A DNA stretch of 64,000 nucleotides from Lama guanicoe (taxonomy: Eukaryota), in contig MU053559.1 of the NCBI GenBank assembly GCA_013239625.1, positions 1,627,003 to 1,691,002 of the forward strand, written 5' to 3'. A model generated the notes under the pieces. It searched no databases and was not told the DNA's origin. It saw nothing but the letters and a program-made list of their open reading frames with translations. Positions 13,913 through 24,930 of the stretch are shown one piece after another. Each line of letters begins with the position of its first letter. The stretch's first letter is position 1. The translations under genes and the position numbers were made by a program.

Positions 13913-14910
13913 GGTTTTTGTTTTCATATTCTTTTTCATTATAGGTTACTGTAAGATATTGAATATAGTTCCCTGTGGTATACAGTAGAAACTTGTTTCT
14001 TAATTCATTTTTAAAATATTTTTATTGATGTATATAGTCAGTTTACAATGTTGTGTCAATTTCTGGTGTACAGCATAATGTCTCAGTCATACATATATAT
14101 GCGTATATTTGTTTTCATATTCTTTTTCACCATAAGTTACTACAAAGTATTGAATATAGTTCCCTGTGCTATACAACATAAACTTGTTGTTTATCTATTT
14201 AATATGTATTAGTTAGTATCTGCAAATCTTGAACTCCCGATTTATCTCTTCCCACCCCCTTTCCCTCCTGGTAACCATGTTGGTTTTCTATGTCTGTGAA
14301 TCTGTTTCTGTTTTGTAAATAAGTTCATTTGTCTTTTTTTTTTTTTAGATTCCACCTGTAAGTGATATGATACGGTATTTTTCTTTCTCTTTCTGGCTTA
14401 CTTCACTTAGAATGACATTCTCCAGGGACATCCATGTTGCTGCAAATGGCATTATGTTGTCATTTTTATGGCTGAATAGTATTCCATTGTATAAATAAAC
14501 CACAACTTCTTTATTCAGTCACCTGTCAATGGACATTTAAGTTGTTTCCATGTCTTGGCTATTGTAAATAGTGCTGCTATGAACAATGGGGTGTGGGTGT
14601 CTTTTTGAATTAGGGCTCCTTCTGGATATATGCCCAGGAGAGGGATTCCTGGGTCATATGGTAAGTCTATTCCTAGTCTTTTGAGGAATCTCCATACTGT
14701 TTTCCACAGTAGCTGCACCAAACTATGTTCCCACCAGCAGTGTAGGAGGGTTCCCTTTTCTCCACAGTCTCTGCAGTATTTGTCATTTGTGGACTTTTGA
14801 ATGATGGCCATTCTGACTGGTGTGACGTGATACCTCATTGTAGTTTTGATTTGCATTTCTCTGATAATTAGTGATATTGAGCATTTTTTCATGTGCCTAT
14901 CGGTCATTTG
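13913..14910 (-). mobile_element. Young LINE-1 3' end(s)
   Basis: ORF 14515..14907 encodes the L1 ORF2 C-terminus ([23 protein letters not shown]...HCWWE...[14 protein letters not shown]). Confidence 0.9.
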
Positions 14911-14934
14911 AAAATCATTACTTCTTTAGATCTA

Positions 14935-16375
14935 ATAATTTTATTTTTAAAATGATCACAAGTAACATCAACTTTTGATGTAATTTTATGAATTTTAACA
15001 CATGTATAGATATGTGTAACCACCACCACAATCAAGATGAACACTAGTTACCCGAAAAACCTCTCTCATGCTACCACCCTACTCTGACAACCACTGATCT
15101 GTTCTCCATCACTATAGTTTTATCTTTTCAAATAGCAACATAAATAGAGTCTTTCAATATGCAATGTTTTAGGAGTAGCTCTTTCACTCAGCATAAGGCC
15201 TTTGAGATTCATCCATGTGGTTGCATGTGTCTACAGTTAGTTCATTTTTTTGCTGAGTTGGTTCCCATTTTATGTTTATACCATGGTCTGTTTATTCATT
15301 TGCCAGTAGAAGGACATTTGAGTTTTTTCTAGTTTTTTATTTTGTGATTATGAATAGAACTGCTATCAGCATTAGCATACAGGTTTTTGTGTGAATGTAA
15401 GCTTCTGTGTTTCTACACTAAATACTCAGGACTGGGACTGCTGGGTCATAGGGTAAGCATATGTTTAACTTTATAAGGAAACCGCCAAACTGTTTGCTAG
15501 ATCAGCTGTACATTCCAGCTAGCAATGTGTAAGCATTCCAGTTGCTCCACATTCTCTTCAGTACTTAGTATTCTTAATATTTTTATTTTTAGCCATTCTA
15601 GTAGATGTGTAGTGATATCTCATTGTAAAAAGGTTTTAATTTGCGTTTTTCCTAATGCTGGACATCTTCTCATGTGCTTATTTGCCATTAATATATCCTT
15701 TTTGGTGAAGTGATTGTTGAGGTTTTTCTGCCCATTTTCTAATTGTATTGTTTGTTTTCTTTGAATTTTGAGAATTCTGTATATTCTGGATGTAAGTCTT
15801 TTGTTAGATACGTAATATGAAAATATTCTCTCCCAGTTTGTAGCTTGTTTTTTTTTTCCATTATCTTACAGTGTCTTTTTCAGAGCAAAAGTTTACATTT
15901 TTGATGCAATCCAATTTATCAACTTTTCCTTTTTATTGATTGTGATGTCTTTTGATGTCATGTCTAAAACTTCTTCCCTTTAACCCCGGGTCAAGAAGGG
16001 TTTCTCCTTTGTTTTCTTCTTAAAGTTTTATGGTTTTGCATTTTACATTTAGATGTGTGATTTATTTTGAGTTTGTTTTTGTATAAGGTATGAGGTTTAG
16101 TTTGAGGGTTCATTTTTTTTACATATGTATGTTTAATTGTTCCAATGTTTTTGTTGAAAAGGTGATCTTTTCTTCATTGAATTACTTTTGCAACTTTGTC
16201 CAAAATCAATTGCCCCTACTTGTATGGGTATATTTCTGGACTTCCTCTTGTGTTCCACCAGTCTCTGTATCTAGCTTTTTGCCAATACCACACAGTATTG
16301 CTTAACGCAGCTTTGTAGCGGATCTTCAAATTGGGTAGTGTGAGTCCTCCATCTTTATTCTTTTTCTAAATTGTT
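14935..16375 (-). mobile_element. Older LINE-1 (L1M-type) fragment
   Basis: Degenerate antisense L1 3'UTR/ORF2 motifs, e.g. 'gctgggtcatagggtaagcatatgtttaactttataagg'. Confidence 0.75.
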
Positions 16376-17313
16376 TTAGCTGTTCTAGTTCAAATCTTTA
16401 TTTTTAATGATTTTCTATGTAGTTCTATCAATTATTCATCACAATTTTAGAACATTTTTTAATGGCCCTCTCCCAAAAGAAACCCTGTATCCAATAATTG
16501 TTTCCAATTATTCTTTGCCCTCGTATGCACACACTGATCTCTTCTGAATACCTGAGGGAGAGACCCCCTGTGTCTCTCCAGGCTTCTCTCTCTATTCAAA
16601 TCTCCTCTCTGGTCCTCAGTCCTATGAACTTCAGCTGCCTTTGTATCCAGAATTCCAGCTTTGTCAATTTTGGGAGTCACCTAGACTTCATCCTCTGTTT
16701 TGTGGCTTGGAAACTCTCTCCAGACAATAAGCTGGAGCAATCAGGGCTCACCTCATTTCCTCCTGTCTCTTAGGGGTCGCTCTTGTTCACTGCCTGATGT
16801 CCAGTGTCTTGAGAACCATTATCTCCTGTACTTAACGTTTGTTTGCTTTTGTTTCAGGCATGAAGATAATGCCAGTCCCTCCTTCTCTGTCTTGTCTGGA
16901 AGTGGAAGCCTTAATTCCATAAAAGAGTTTTGGTCTTTTATTATTTTTTTTTGGTCATCATAACCCCCATACACACACACTCTTTTTGTTTTATTTTTCT
17001 CAAACTGTGGACTCTTTGCATGTGTTTATGCAGTTATGCATTTTTATATACACACCGACACCCATTTAAAACAAGCCTCCCGTGGGCTACCTTATTCCAG
17101 TCTAGGGATCTGTTGGCTACTGGACATTTTTGCTGCCGAGAGAATTGGGGAATGAAACAATTGCATTCATTAACAGAGTAGGCTATGAATGAGCCAGAGT
17201 GATTCTCTTCAGTGGTATGAATGAGAGGATTGTCTATTTTCAATGGCAGTGTTGTGCAGAGTGTTTATGATGTGGCACTGGGGAGAGACGCAGACAAGAT
17301 GGTAATACTGTTG

Positions 17314-17515
17314 TGTCGACTGAAAGAAAAACACAACTCAAAAGTTGTGAGTTAAGTTTTATTTGAGGACCTTAACGTGGAGACAGTCTCTTTGAACGGC
17401 TCCTGAGAGGTAAGGGAGGAACCAATAGATAGATATGAACTGGTGGGTGACTGCAGTGGCTAATGGCTTGATCTTTGTAGAACTAGAATGCCAGGCAACA
17501 TTTTTTTTCTTTACA
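17314..17515 (-). mobile_element. Internally deleted ERV1-type solo LTR (family A)
   Basis: TGTCGACTGAAAG...TTTACA, homologous to 27793 and 58231; imperfect 4-bp TSD GTTG/GTAG. Confidence 0.75.
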
Positions 17516-20500
17516 GTAGTGGTTTTTATTCACTGTGGGGAAATTTGATCAAGGGTGGAGCTCTGATGTGTTACACGAAGTCCCCATCTCAGTCCACTCA
17601 GGAAAAAAGAGGCAAGTAGTTGAGTAGGAAACTCCTGTGAACCAAGGCATGGGGAGAGCTGACCAACCATGGGGACAACCAACCAGGGTGCATTGAAGCA
17701 ACATAGAAATAAGCGACAGCTGTCAACCCCTCTAGGCTCTCACCAGTGCCACCCATCGGATGAATCGAACTGGTAGCCTCTGGGAAGGGGTCTGGAAATG
17801 TAGTTTACAGGAGTTGCCCCTCTTTTCCAGCTCCCTGCACCACGTGGCAGAGCAGCAAAGGGCAGGAAATGGACCTGAGGGCACATGAGCCCAGGACTTC
17901 CTCAAATTGAATGCCCGTTCTGATGTGCAGTATATCCCATACCTAGATACGGTCCAGAGGGGAAGAGAAAAGCGGTGTGGTCAGGGTCAAAGCAGCCAAT
18001 AGTCCTGTGAGCAGACGGGGGGAAGGGAAACTAGGTGTTGAGGCACAAGCTGGATTTGCTATGATAATATGTGCCCGAAGGATGGGGTGACGTAATTATG
18101 ATAAATGGTGTTTCACATTTGAAACATTAAGTATATGCGTTAACAAGCCCCACATCAACTATTTTGTAAGCTTATCTACCAATGCCGTCTTACTGAGTTA
18201 AATAGTATTTAGGGAGAGGAAGTGGTGGTAGGTACAAGGAGTGAAGGAGGGACCCTTTTAATAGTGTAACTAACGTTATAATTTAAGGGACATATTAATC
18301 TTTGTAAGCAAAATGGTACGTATTTCTGTAACAATGTCTTTTTCGTAGGGCCACCTTAACAGTGATATCCGAGCCAGGCAAACTGTGCCCGTGGAGGGTA
18401 CTAATCTCTCTGAATCCACGTTGTTTAGTTCCCTAGTGATATTGCTTCAATTTCTACAGTTCAGGCAGTGTTTGGAACATTCCTAATTTGAGTTGGGGTT
18501 CTGTCGAAGAGGACTTCTCTGGGGGCGGGTAGGTCAGCTTAGCACCTGCTCTGTTCTCAGTCTCCCCCACTGGGGTGGAGGGCCTGGTTGGGTCAATGAC
18601 ACAAGGTCAAAGGTGTGATGCAGGCTTGAGTTTATTCGACCTCAGAAGACCAAATGGACATCAAGCATTTGTGTGTTACAAGAACATATAAGTTAATGAA
18701 AATATGTTATTTCTTTAATTGAAATTGTAGCAACCTAGGCAAGGATATCAGTTATTTCAAACTGATCAGGATCCTTGATTAGCTGTGAGTACTACAGGAA
18801 TATTCAATCTTTCTATGTTTGTCGAATTAGCAAAATGTTCAGCAAATTGGTACTTAGTACACTGCAACTTGCTTGACACAGTGTTTCAATGTTTCAAATA
18901 TCTAGACTATGGGAAAAGGCTGCATTTTAAGATCTAAGTACATGTGAACAACTAGTAAACAGCCTTCTGGTTTTAGCTCAGGGATGTGGACTGTAGAGTT
19001 CGCATCCTTATAACAACAAAAAAACTGAACATATTACAAGTTGATGACTTTTTTCTTGAATCCAACAGAAAACTGGGGTCTCGGGGCACATGACTGACCC
19101 CGGGTCAGGAGAGATGCAGGCGCCACTCCGGAGAGAAGCAGTATGGGAGCTTTGCTCACCGGGGACAGACACTGCTGAAAGTCACAGAAGCCAGTATCAT
19201 GGAACTAGACATTGTTCATGAATTGCTAAAGGTTAGGGGCCCTGAGTCTAAAAGGTTCTCCCTCTCCTGCTGATGTTTCCTTCAGGACCCTTACCTCGTA
19301 CTCACAGAGAGGCTGAGGGAGGCCCTGAGAGTGTCTCTTGTGTGCTGGCTGGGATAGGGGACAACAGCCACTGCCCAGATCTGTCCGGACATGTCTTCTC
19401 ATCTCCCAAAGGAACAGAAGTCTTACTCTGTAGGAAGAAAGGAACAGAAACTGGTGGGGAGGACAGGAATGCTATGATTCTGGCCCCGAATTTTGTTCGG
19501 AAGAGGATCAAGAATGCAGATATAAAGTTGCTTATGAAGGCCACAACCCCAAGACCTAGGGTCACAAAGCCTATCTAGTATTGATCAGAACAGAAAAGAT
19601 TGCCCCCCCACCTCCCTACTACTAAGCAGAAGCATGGTGAATCTAAAAAATACTAAAACCTAGAGAGAGCAGAAAAAGATGAATGGAACAACAAAAAACA
19701 GCTATTGAGGTAGCAGATTTTAATCCTACCATATCAGTAATCACTTTAAATGTGAAAATGTGGATGTCTAAAAGACAGAGATCGTCAGATTGGATTAAAG
19801 GAAGCTACAACTGTATGCTGTTTAGAAGAAACCCACTTTAAATATAAAGATGTAGATAAATTAAAAGTTATGAGTCTATTTCATTTGAAATTAATATAGC
19901 TACTCCATTTGCATGGTGAATCTTTCAAAGCCTGTCCATGATGGTCACCATCCATCTGTTGTTCAGTTCACACACAGACAGCAAAGCATGCAGTTGGGTT
20001 GCCTCCTTGTCTCCCAGGGATAAACCCATGTGAGATTTTATAAAAATGGGTAACAGAGAGGGAATCGGCCAACAAAGGTGAAAGTGCAGCAGAGAAATGA
20101 AGTGATAACACTGGAAGAGAAATTGGTATCAAACATAAATGGAATTACAGAAGAAAGAGCTGATAGCAGAAACGTTGACACTGCTACCATTTGAGATACT
20201 AGATACACAGCCAGAAGAACTTAGCGAAGGGGAGCTTATTGATGGAAACAAGCAAAGTGGTTGTGATGCAAAGGATGAAGATCCAGAGGAAGTGATGCCA
20301 GCAAAAAAACTTCAGGAGCTGTTGGAGATACATCAAGACATGGAAAATGCTAAGGATGTAATGTGGCAGCAGATTCTAACCTAGAAAGGAGTGTGACAAT
20401 TCACTAAGGCATAGAGAAGATGCTCACTCTGTATCGGAACTTATACAATGAGAAAAAGAAAGCAAACACTGTTCTAACTATTCTTGATAAGTTTTTTACA

Positions 20501-20625
20501 AAGATAAAAAAACTCCTTTAATTCTCAGTATTTCCGGTGTTTTAAATTACAGTATACTAAATAAATATTACTTTTACTATCTTCATTTTCCTTTACATTT
20601 ATAGCCAGGAGTAAGAGTCTTTAAT

Positions 20626-20969
20626 TTTTTTTTATAATTATTGAATACAATTGGTTTACAATGTTGTCTTAATTTCTGGTGTACAGCATAGTGATTAAGT
20701 TATATGTGTATTCCTTTTCATATTCTTTTTCATTATAGGCTATTACAAGGTATTGAATATAGTTCCCTGTGCTGTACAGCAGAACCTTGCTATTTATCTG
20801 TTCTACAAATAGTAGTGTGTATCTGCAAATCCTGAACTCCCAATTCATTCCTCCAACACCACCCCGCCGGTAACCACAGTTTTGTTTTCTGTTATCTGTG
20901 AATCTGTTCCTGTTTTGTAAATAAGTTCATTTGTCTCATTTTTATAGATTCCACATATAAGTGATATCA
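20626..20969 (-). mobile_element. LINE-1 3' end inserted in the poly(A) tail of the retrocopy
   Basis: L1 3'UTR motifs, flanked by duplicated TTAATTTTTTT (20621-20631 and 20970-20980). Confidence 0.8.
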
Positions 20970-20973
20970 TTAA

Positions 20974-21767
20974 TTTTTTTTCAAACACCTATTTATTGTA
21001 TTAAATATAAGCCTGAAATGTTAAGTAGATATTACGGATTCCAAGAAAATTACATTTCAGATTCCCAAAATGTCCTGCTGGTACTTTGACAACTAAAACA
21101 ATGCTTTAGAGGGGTTTTTTTTAATTCATAAAAAAGCAACACTTAAGGGATATAAAATACATAAAATCCCAAACTTAGAAGTTTATTCAAAATTCTTCTG
21201 AATCCCTAAGACGGCTGTAAACAAGTTTCTTTTCACACGTTCGTGGCTTAGAGGAATGTGACTTTCACAGTTTATGTGGATTTCTGCCTAGGAAGCTCAC
21301 GAGCTCTACGCGGTAGTTCTGTTTCCATAATCCAGTCCTAACATTGCCTGTGCTGTCAGTACCCAGCAAGGGTCCATCCTGTCCGTTGCTTTTGATTGGT
21401 CTGTTCCGAATGGCCAAGTTGAGGCCATAAGACTTCTCCTGACCTTCCAGTTCAACCACAATTGGCTTCCTTAATCCATCTTTTTTTTTTTTTTTTTTTT
21501 TTTTTCTACAGGCTTTTCAAAATTCCTGCCGCTTTTGGGAAGTCTGCTACAGGCATCACTGCCATCTTGTTGGGATGGGTCATACTGCTTCTCTCTGTAG
21601 GCTGAGTAAGCCCTTCGACTCCGAGAGTGTCCTTCACTACCACCCAGCTAGCCATTCTGCACGCTGCCTTCCACGCTCGCGGGGACGTTGTAGGCATACT
21701 CTCAGGACCGTCAGTCTGCCGGTCCAGTGCACTTTACTTCTGTTTTTGTGGTGGCAGCTTGGGTGCA
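20974..21767 (-). pseudogene. ADGRA3: 5'-truncated processed pseudogene (retrocopy) of ADGRA3/GPR125: C-terminal tail and 3'UTR
   Basis: Minus strand reads, across frameshifts, HHKNRSK..RLTVLR/EYAYNVPASVEGSVQNG..EGHSRSRRAYSAYREKQY..QDGSDACSRLPKSGRNFEKPV..DGLRKPIVVELEGQEKSYGLNLAI..PIKSNGQDGPLLGTDSTGNVRTGLWK, matching the recalled ADGRA3 C-terminus (..GLWKHETTV). Stop at 21306-21308; AATAAA at 20992-20997; short poly(A); TSD AGTCTTTAAT/AGTCTTGAAT (20616-20625 and 21768-21777). Confidence 0.9.
21481..21505 (+). repeat. T25 homopolymer inside the retrocopy
   Basis: Seen directly. Confidence 0.95.
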
Positions 21768-21919
21768 AGTCTTGAATGTTTTGACAACATTTTTTGATAA
21801 CATTTTAGAAAGATCATGGAACAATTAGATTTTTCCCATTGATTATTAAAATTGCTTTTCTTGCTTTCAGCTTACACATTTTTGTAGTCAGTACTACCAT
21901 GCAAGACTGTTTATACTAT

Positions 21920-22270
21920 TTGGTGATTAAGAAGAATGAAGTACTGACTCATGCTAAAGCATGAATGAACCTCAAAAACATTATGCTCAGTGAAAGAAGT
22001 CATGCACAAGAGGTCGCCTACCGTGTGAATCCACTTATATGAAGTGTTTAGAAAAGGCAAATGTATAGAAACAGAAAGTAGATTAGTGGTTGCTTGGAGC
22101 TGCGGGTGGGAAAACAGGTATTAACTGTAAGCTGGTACCAGGGATCTTACAGAGGTAATGGTGGTGATGGTTGTATAACTTGGTAAATTTACTAAAAATG
22201 GTTGAATTGTACACTTAAATTGGGTGAATTTTATGGGATGTAAATTATAACCCAGTAAAGTTGTTTTTTC
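21920..22270 (+). mobile_element. Old LINE-1 3'UTR fragment
   Basis: 'atgaacctcaaaaacattatgctcagtgaaagaag...gttgaattgtacacttaaa', an L1M 3'UTR pattern. Confidence 0.7.
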
Positions 22271-23094
22271 TTAAAAATGAAGGTGAAATAATGATATTCC
22301 CCGATAAACAAAGACTGAAAGAACTTCTAGCAGGTCTACCTTACAAGAAAACTAAAGGAAGTCTTTTAGGCTAAAAGGAAATGACGCTGCACAATAACGC
22401 AGATCCACATAAGGAAATAAAGACTATTGGACTTGGCATAATTTAGTTCTTTGGTGGTGGACAATAGGGCTGTTTCCGGTCTTACTGTAATCAAACAGTA
22501 CTGCACTGGATAACCCTGAGTATCTTTTACACGTGTGGTTGTTATCTGTGGAATAGGTTCCTAGAAGTAGGATCGTTGACTTAAAAGGTAAATACATTTG
22601 CAATTTTGTATGATATTGTCAGATTCTTCTCATTAGAAGTTGTAAGAATTTTTCACTCTTAACCGGCAATGAAAGTGGCTGTTTTCCCAGTCTTGCCAAG
22701 TGGGTGTTGTCAAACTTTTGGATTTTTTTTCAGTTTGAGAGATAAAGCATGGTGTCTCAGTATTGTTTAATTTGCTCTTACAAATAATGATGGATATCTT
22801 TTCAAAAGCTTAAGAGCCATTTATATTTCTTCCTGTGAATTGCCTTTTTATATTCTTTGCCTATTTTTTTCCTGCGGACTTGTCTTTCTCTTGTTTCTAG
22901 TAGTTTTTTATACATTAGGGAGATCAGCCCCTTTTACTCAGGGATGCATTGTTATTGCAGTTGTATTAAAAATGGTAGTAGTCGTATTTTCTTTTTAAAC
23001 TTCTAAAAAATCCTGTTTCTTTTTTTTAATTGAAGTATAGTCATTTTACAATGTTGTGTCAATTTCTGGCGTACAGCATAATGTGAACTATTTT

Positions 23095-23236
23095 TTGTTA
23101 ATTTCTTTTTGTTGTTTTTTTTCGGGGGGAGATAATTAGATTTATTTATTTATCTTTTTATGGAGGTGCTGGGGATTGAACCCAGGATCTCATGCATGCT
23201 AGGCCTGCCCTCTGCCACTGAGCTACACCCTCCCCC
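23095..23236 (-). mobile_element. tRNA-derived SINE (camelid Vic-type)
   Basis: ggggattgaacccaggatctcatgcatgctagg...ccactgagctacaccctcccc is the reverse complement of the SINE head. Confidence 0.85.
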
Positions 23237-23576
23237 ACCATTGTCATATTTTTAAAGTTTGACATTACAGAGAGTAATTTCTCATCACTGTCAGCTGCTA
23301 GATTGCATGGGCGTTCATTAGGTCATATGCATGTGATGCCAAAGAGATAACTAGAAATTAAATACAACTCTACAAGTTTGTTTTATAATGTTAATGTACC
23401 AAAGATTAGAATTATGTTATAATCTAGTATCTGTTATTCTGTCTTGTATTGTTACTTAAAGTTTTAGATATTTGTTCATTCAACCAGGCACATTGTTTTT
23501 CCTTAAGTTACTTAGCAATTGCACTGTTCATTCATTAATTCATTCAAATATTCACTGCTTACCTAATTTATTTCTT

Positions 23577-23841
23577 TTTTTTAACATTTTTTATTGATCT
23601 ATAATCATTTCACAATGTTGTGTCAAATTCCAGTGTTCAGCACAATCTTTCAGCCATTCATGGACATACACACACTCATTGTCACATTGTTTTCTCTGTG
23701 AGTTATCATAACACTTTGTGTATATTTCCCTGTGCTATACAGTGTAATCTCGTTTATCTGCTCTACAATTTTAAAATCCCAGTCTATCCCTTCCCACCCT
23801 CCACCCCCCTGGTAACCACAAGTCTGTATTCTCTGTCTGTG
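23577..23841 (-). mobile_element. Young 5'-truncated LINE-1
   Basis: Perfect 15-bp TSD CCTAATTTATTTCTT (23562-23576 and 23842-23856); L1 3'UTR motifs. Confidence 0.88.
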
Positions 23842-23869
23842 CCTAATTTATTTCTTAACATCTGCCTTT

Positions 23870-24930
23870 TTAAAAGCCAGGTCTATTGAGTTATGATTTA
23901 CATACAATAAAATTCATTCCTCTTACATATACAGTTCAATGAGTTTTCCCACATGTGTACACTTGTGTGACCACCACCAAAATCAATCTATCATCTTTTT
24001 CCACCCAAAGTCCTATGCACCTTTGCAGACCATGCCCTCCACCTACCCGAGCCCTCGGCAACTACTGATCTGTTTTCTGTCCCTATAGTTTTGCCTTTTC
24101 TAGAACTTCAAGTGAATGAAATCATATATTAGGTAATCTTTTGCATCTGGTTTCTTTTACTTAGCATGAGGTTCCTGCCATTCATCCATGTCGTTGCAGG
24201 CATCCGTAATCTGTTCCTGTGTTATTATCGAGCACTGTTCTATTGTATGGCTGCATCATGATTTGCTTGCACATTCACCATTCGTTGAACATTTGGGTTG
24301 TTTTCAGTTTGGGGTATTATAAATAAAGCTGCTATGAACATTTGCCTACACGTCTTTGTGTGGGCATGTGTTTTCATTTCTGTTGGATAAATACCCAAGA
24401 GTGAGATTTCTGGTTGTATGGTAAGTGTATGTTTAACTTTAGAAAAACCTGGCAACCTTTTCCAAAGGGACTGAACATTTTGCATTCTCAGCAGCAGTGT
24501 GGAAGATTGCTCCACATCCTTACCAATTTTTGTCATTTAGGAATTTTAAAATTTATCCATCCTAGTGTGAAGTGGTATCTTGTTATCGTTGTAATTTGCA
24601 TCTCCCTAATGACTAATGATGTGGGACATCTTTTCTCACGCTTATTTGCCATCCATTTACCTTGTTTGGTGCTATGTTCATATTTTTGGCCCATTTTTAA
24701 TCTTTTTTTTTCTCCTCTTATGCTCTCCTTATTGAGTTAAGCTTTTATATTTTCTGGATAAAAACTCTTTGTCAGATAAGTGGTTTGCAGTATTTTCTCC
24801 CTGTCTGTGGCTTGTCTTTTCATTTCCTTAGCAGTGTCCTTTGGAGAGCAGAAGTTTTGGATTGTGATAAAATCCAACTTATCAATTTTTCCCTTTATGG
24901 TTTGTACTTTGTATGTCCATCTTAATACAT
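23870..24930 (-). mobile_element. Older LINE-1 (L1MB-like) 3' portion
   Basis: Minus ORFs 24240..24536 and 24737..24937 are degenerate L1 ORF2 (LLGIYPTEMKTHAHTKTCRQMFIAALFII; KIDKLDFITIQNFCS). Confidence 0.8.

Larger units (their letters stand above)
19920..21910 (+). mobile_element. Tigger-type DNA transposon (resembles Tigger13a), split by insertions at ~20626-21767
   Basis: ORF 20139..20384 is an acidic transposase-tail-like remnant (LDTQPEELSEGELID). The sequence continues seamlessly at 21768 ('agtcttgaatgttttgacaac') and ends in a TIR-like 'ctaccatgcaagactg'. Confidence 0.65.

Noticed and set aside
20139..20384. 81-aa acidic ORF
   Set aside because: Lies within a Tigger-like DNA transposon remnant; no gene structure.
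21265..21697. ORFs 21265..21459 and 21506..21697 as functional microproteins
   Set aside because: Pieces of the decayed ADGRA3 retrocopy: one out of frame, the other lacking an ATG and frameshifted before the PDZ motif; no promoter evident.
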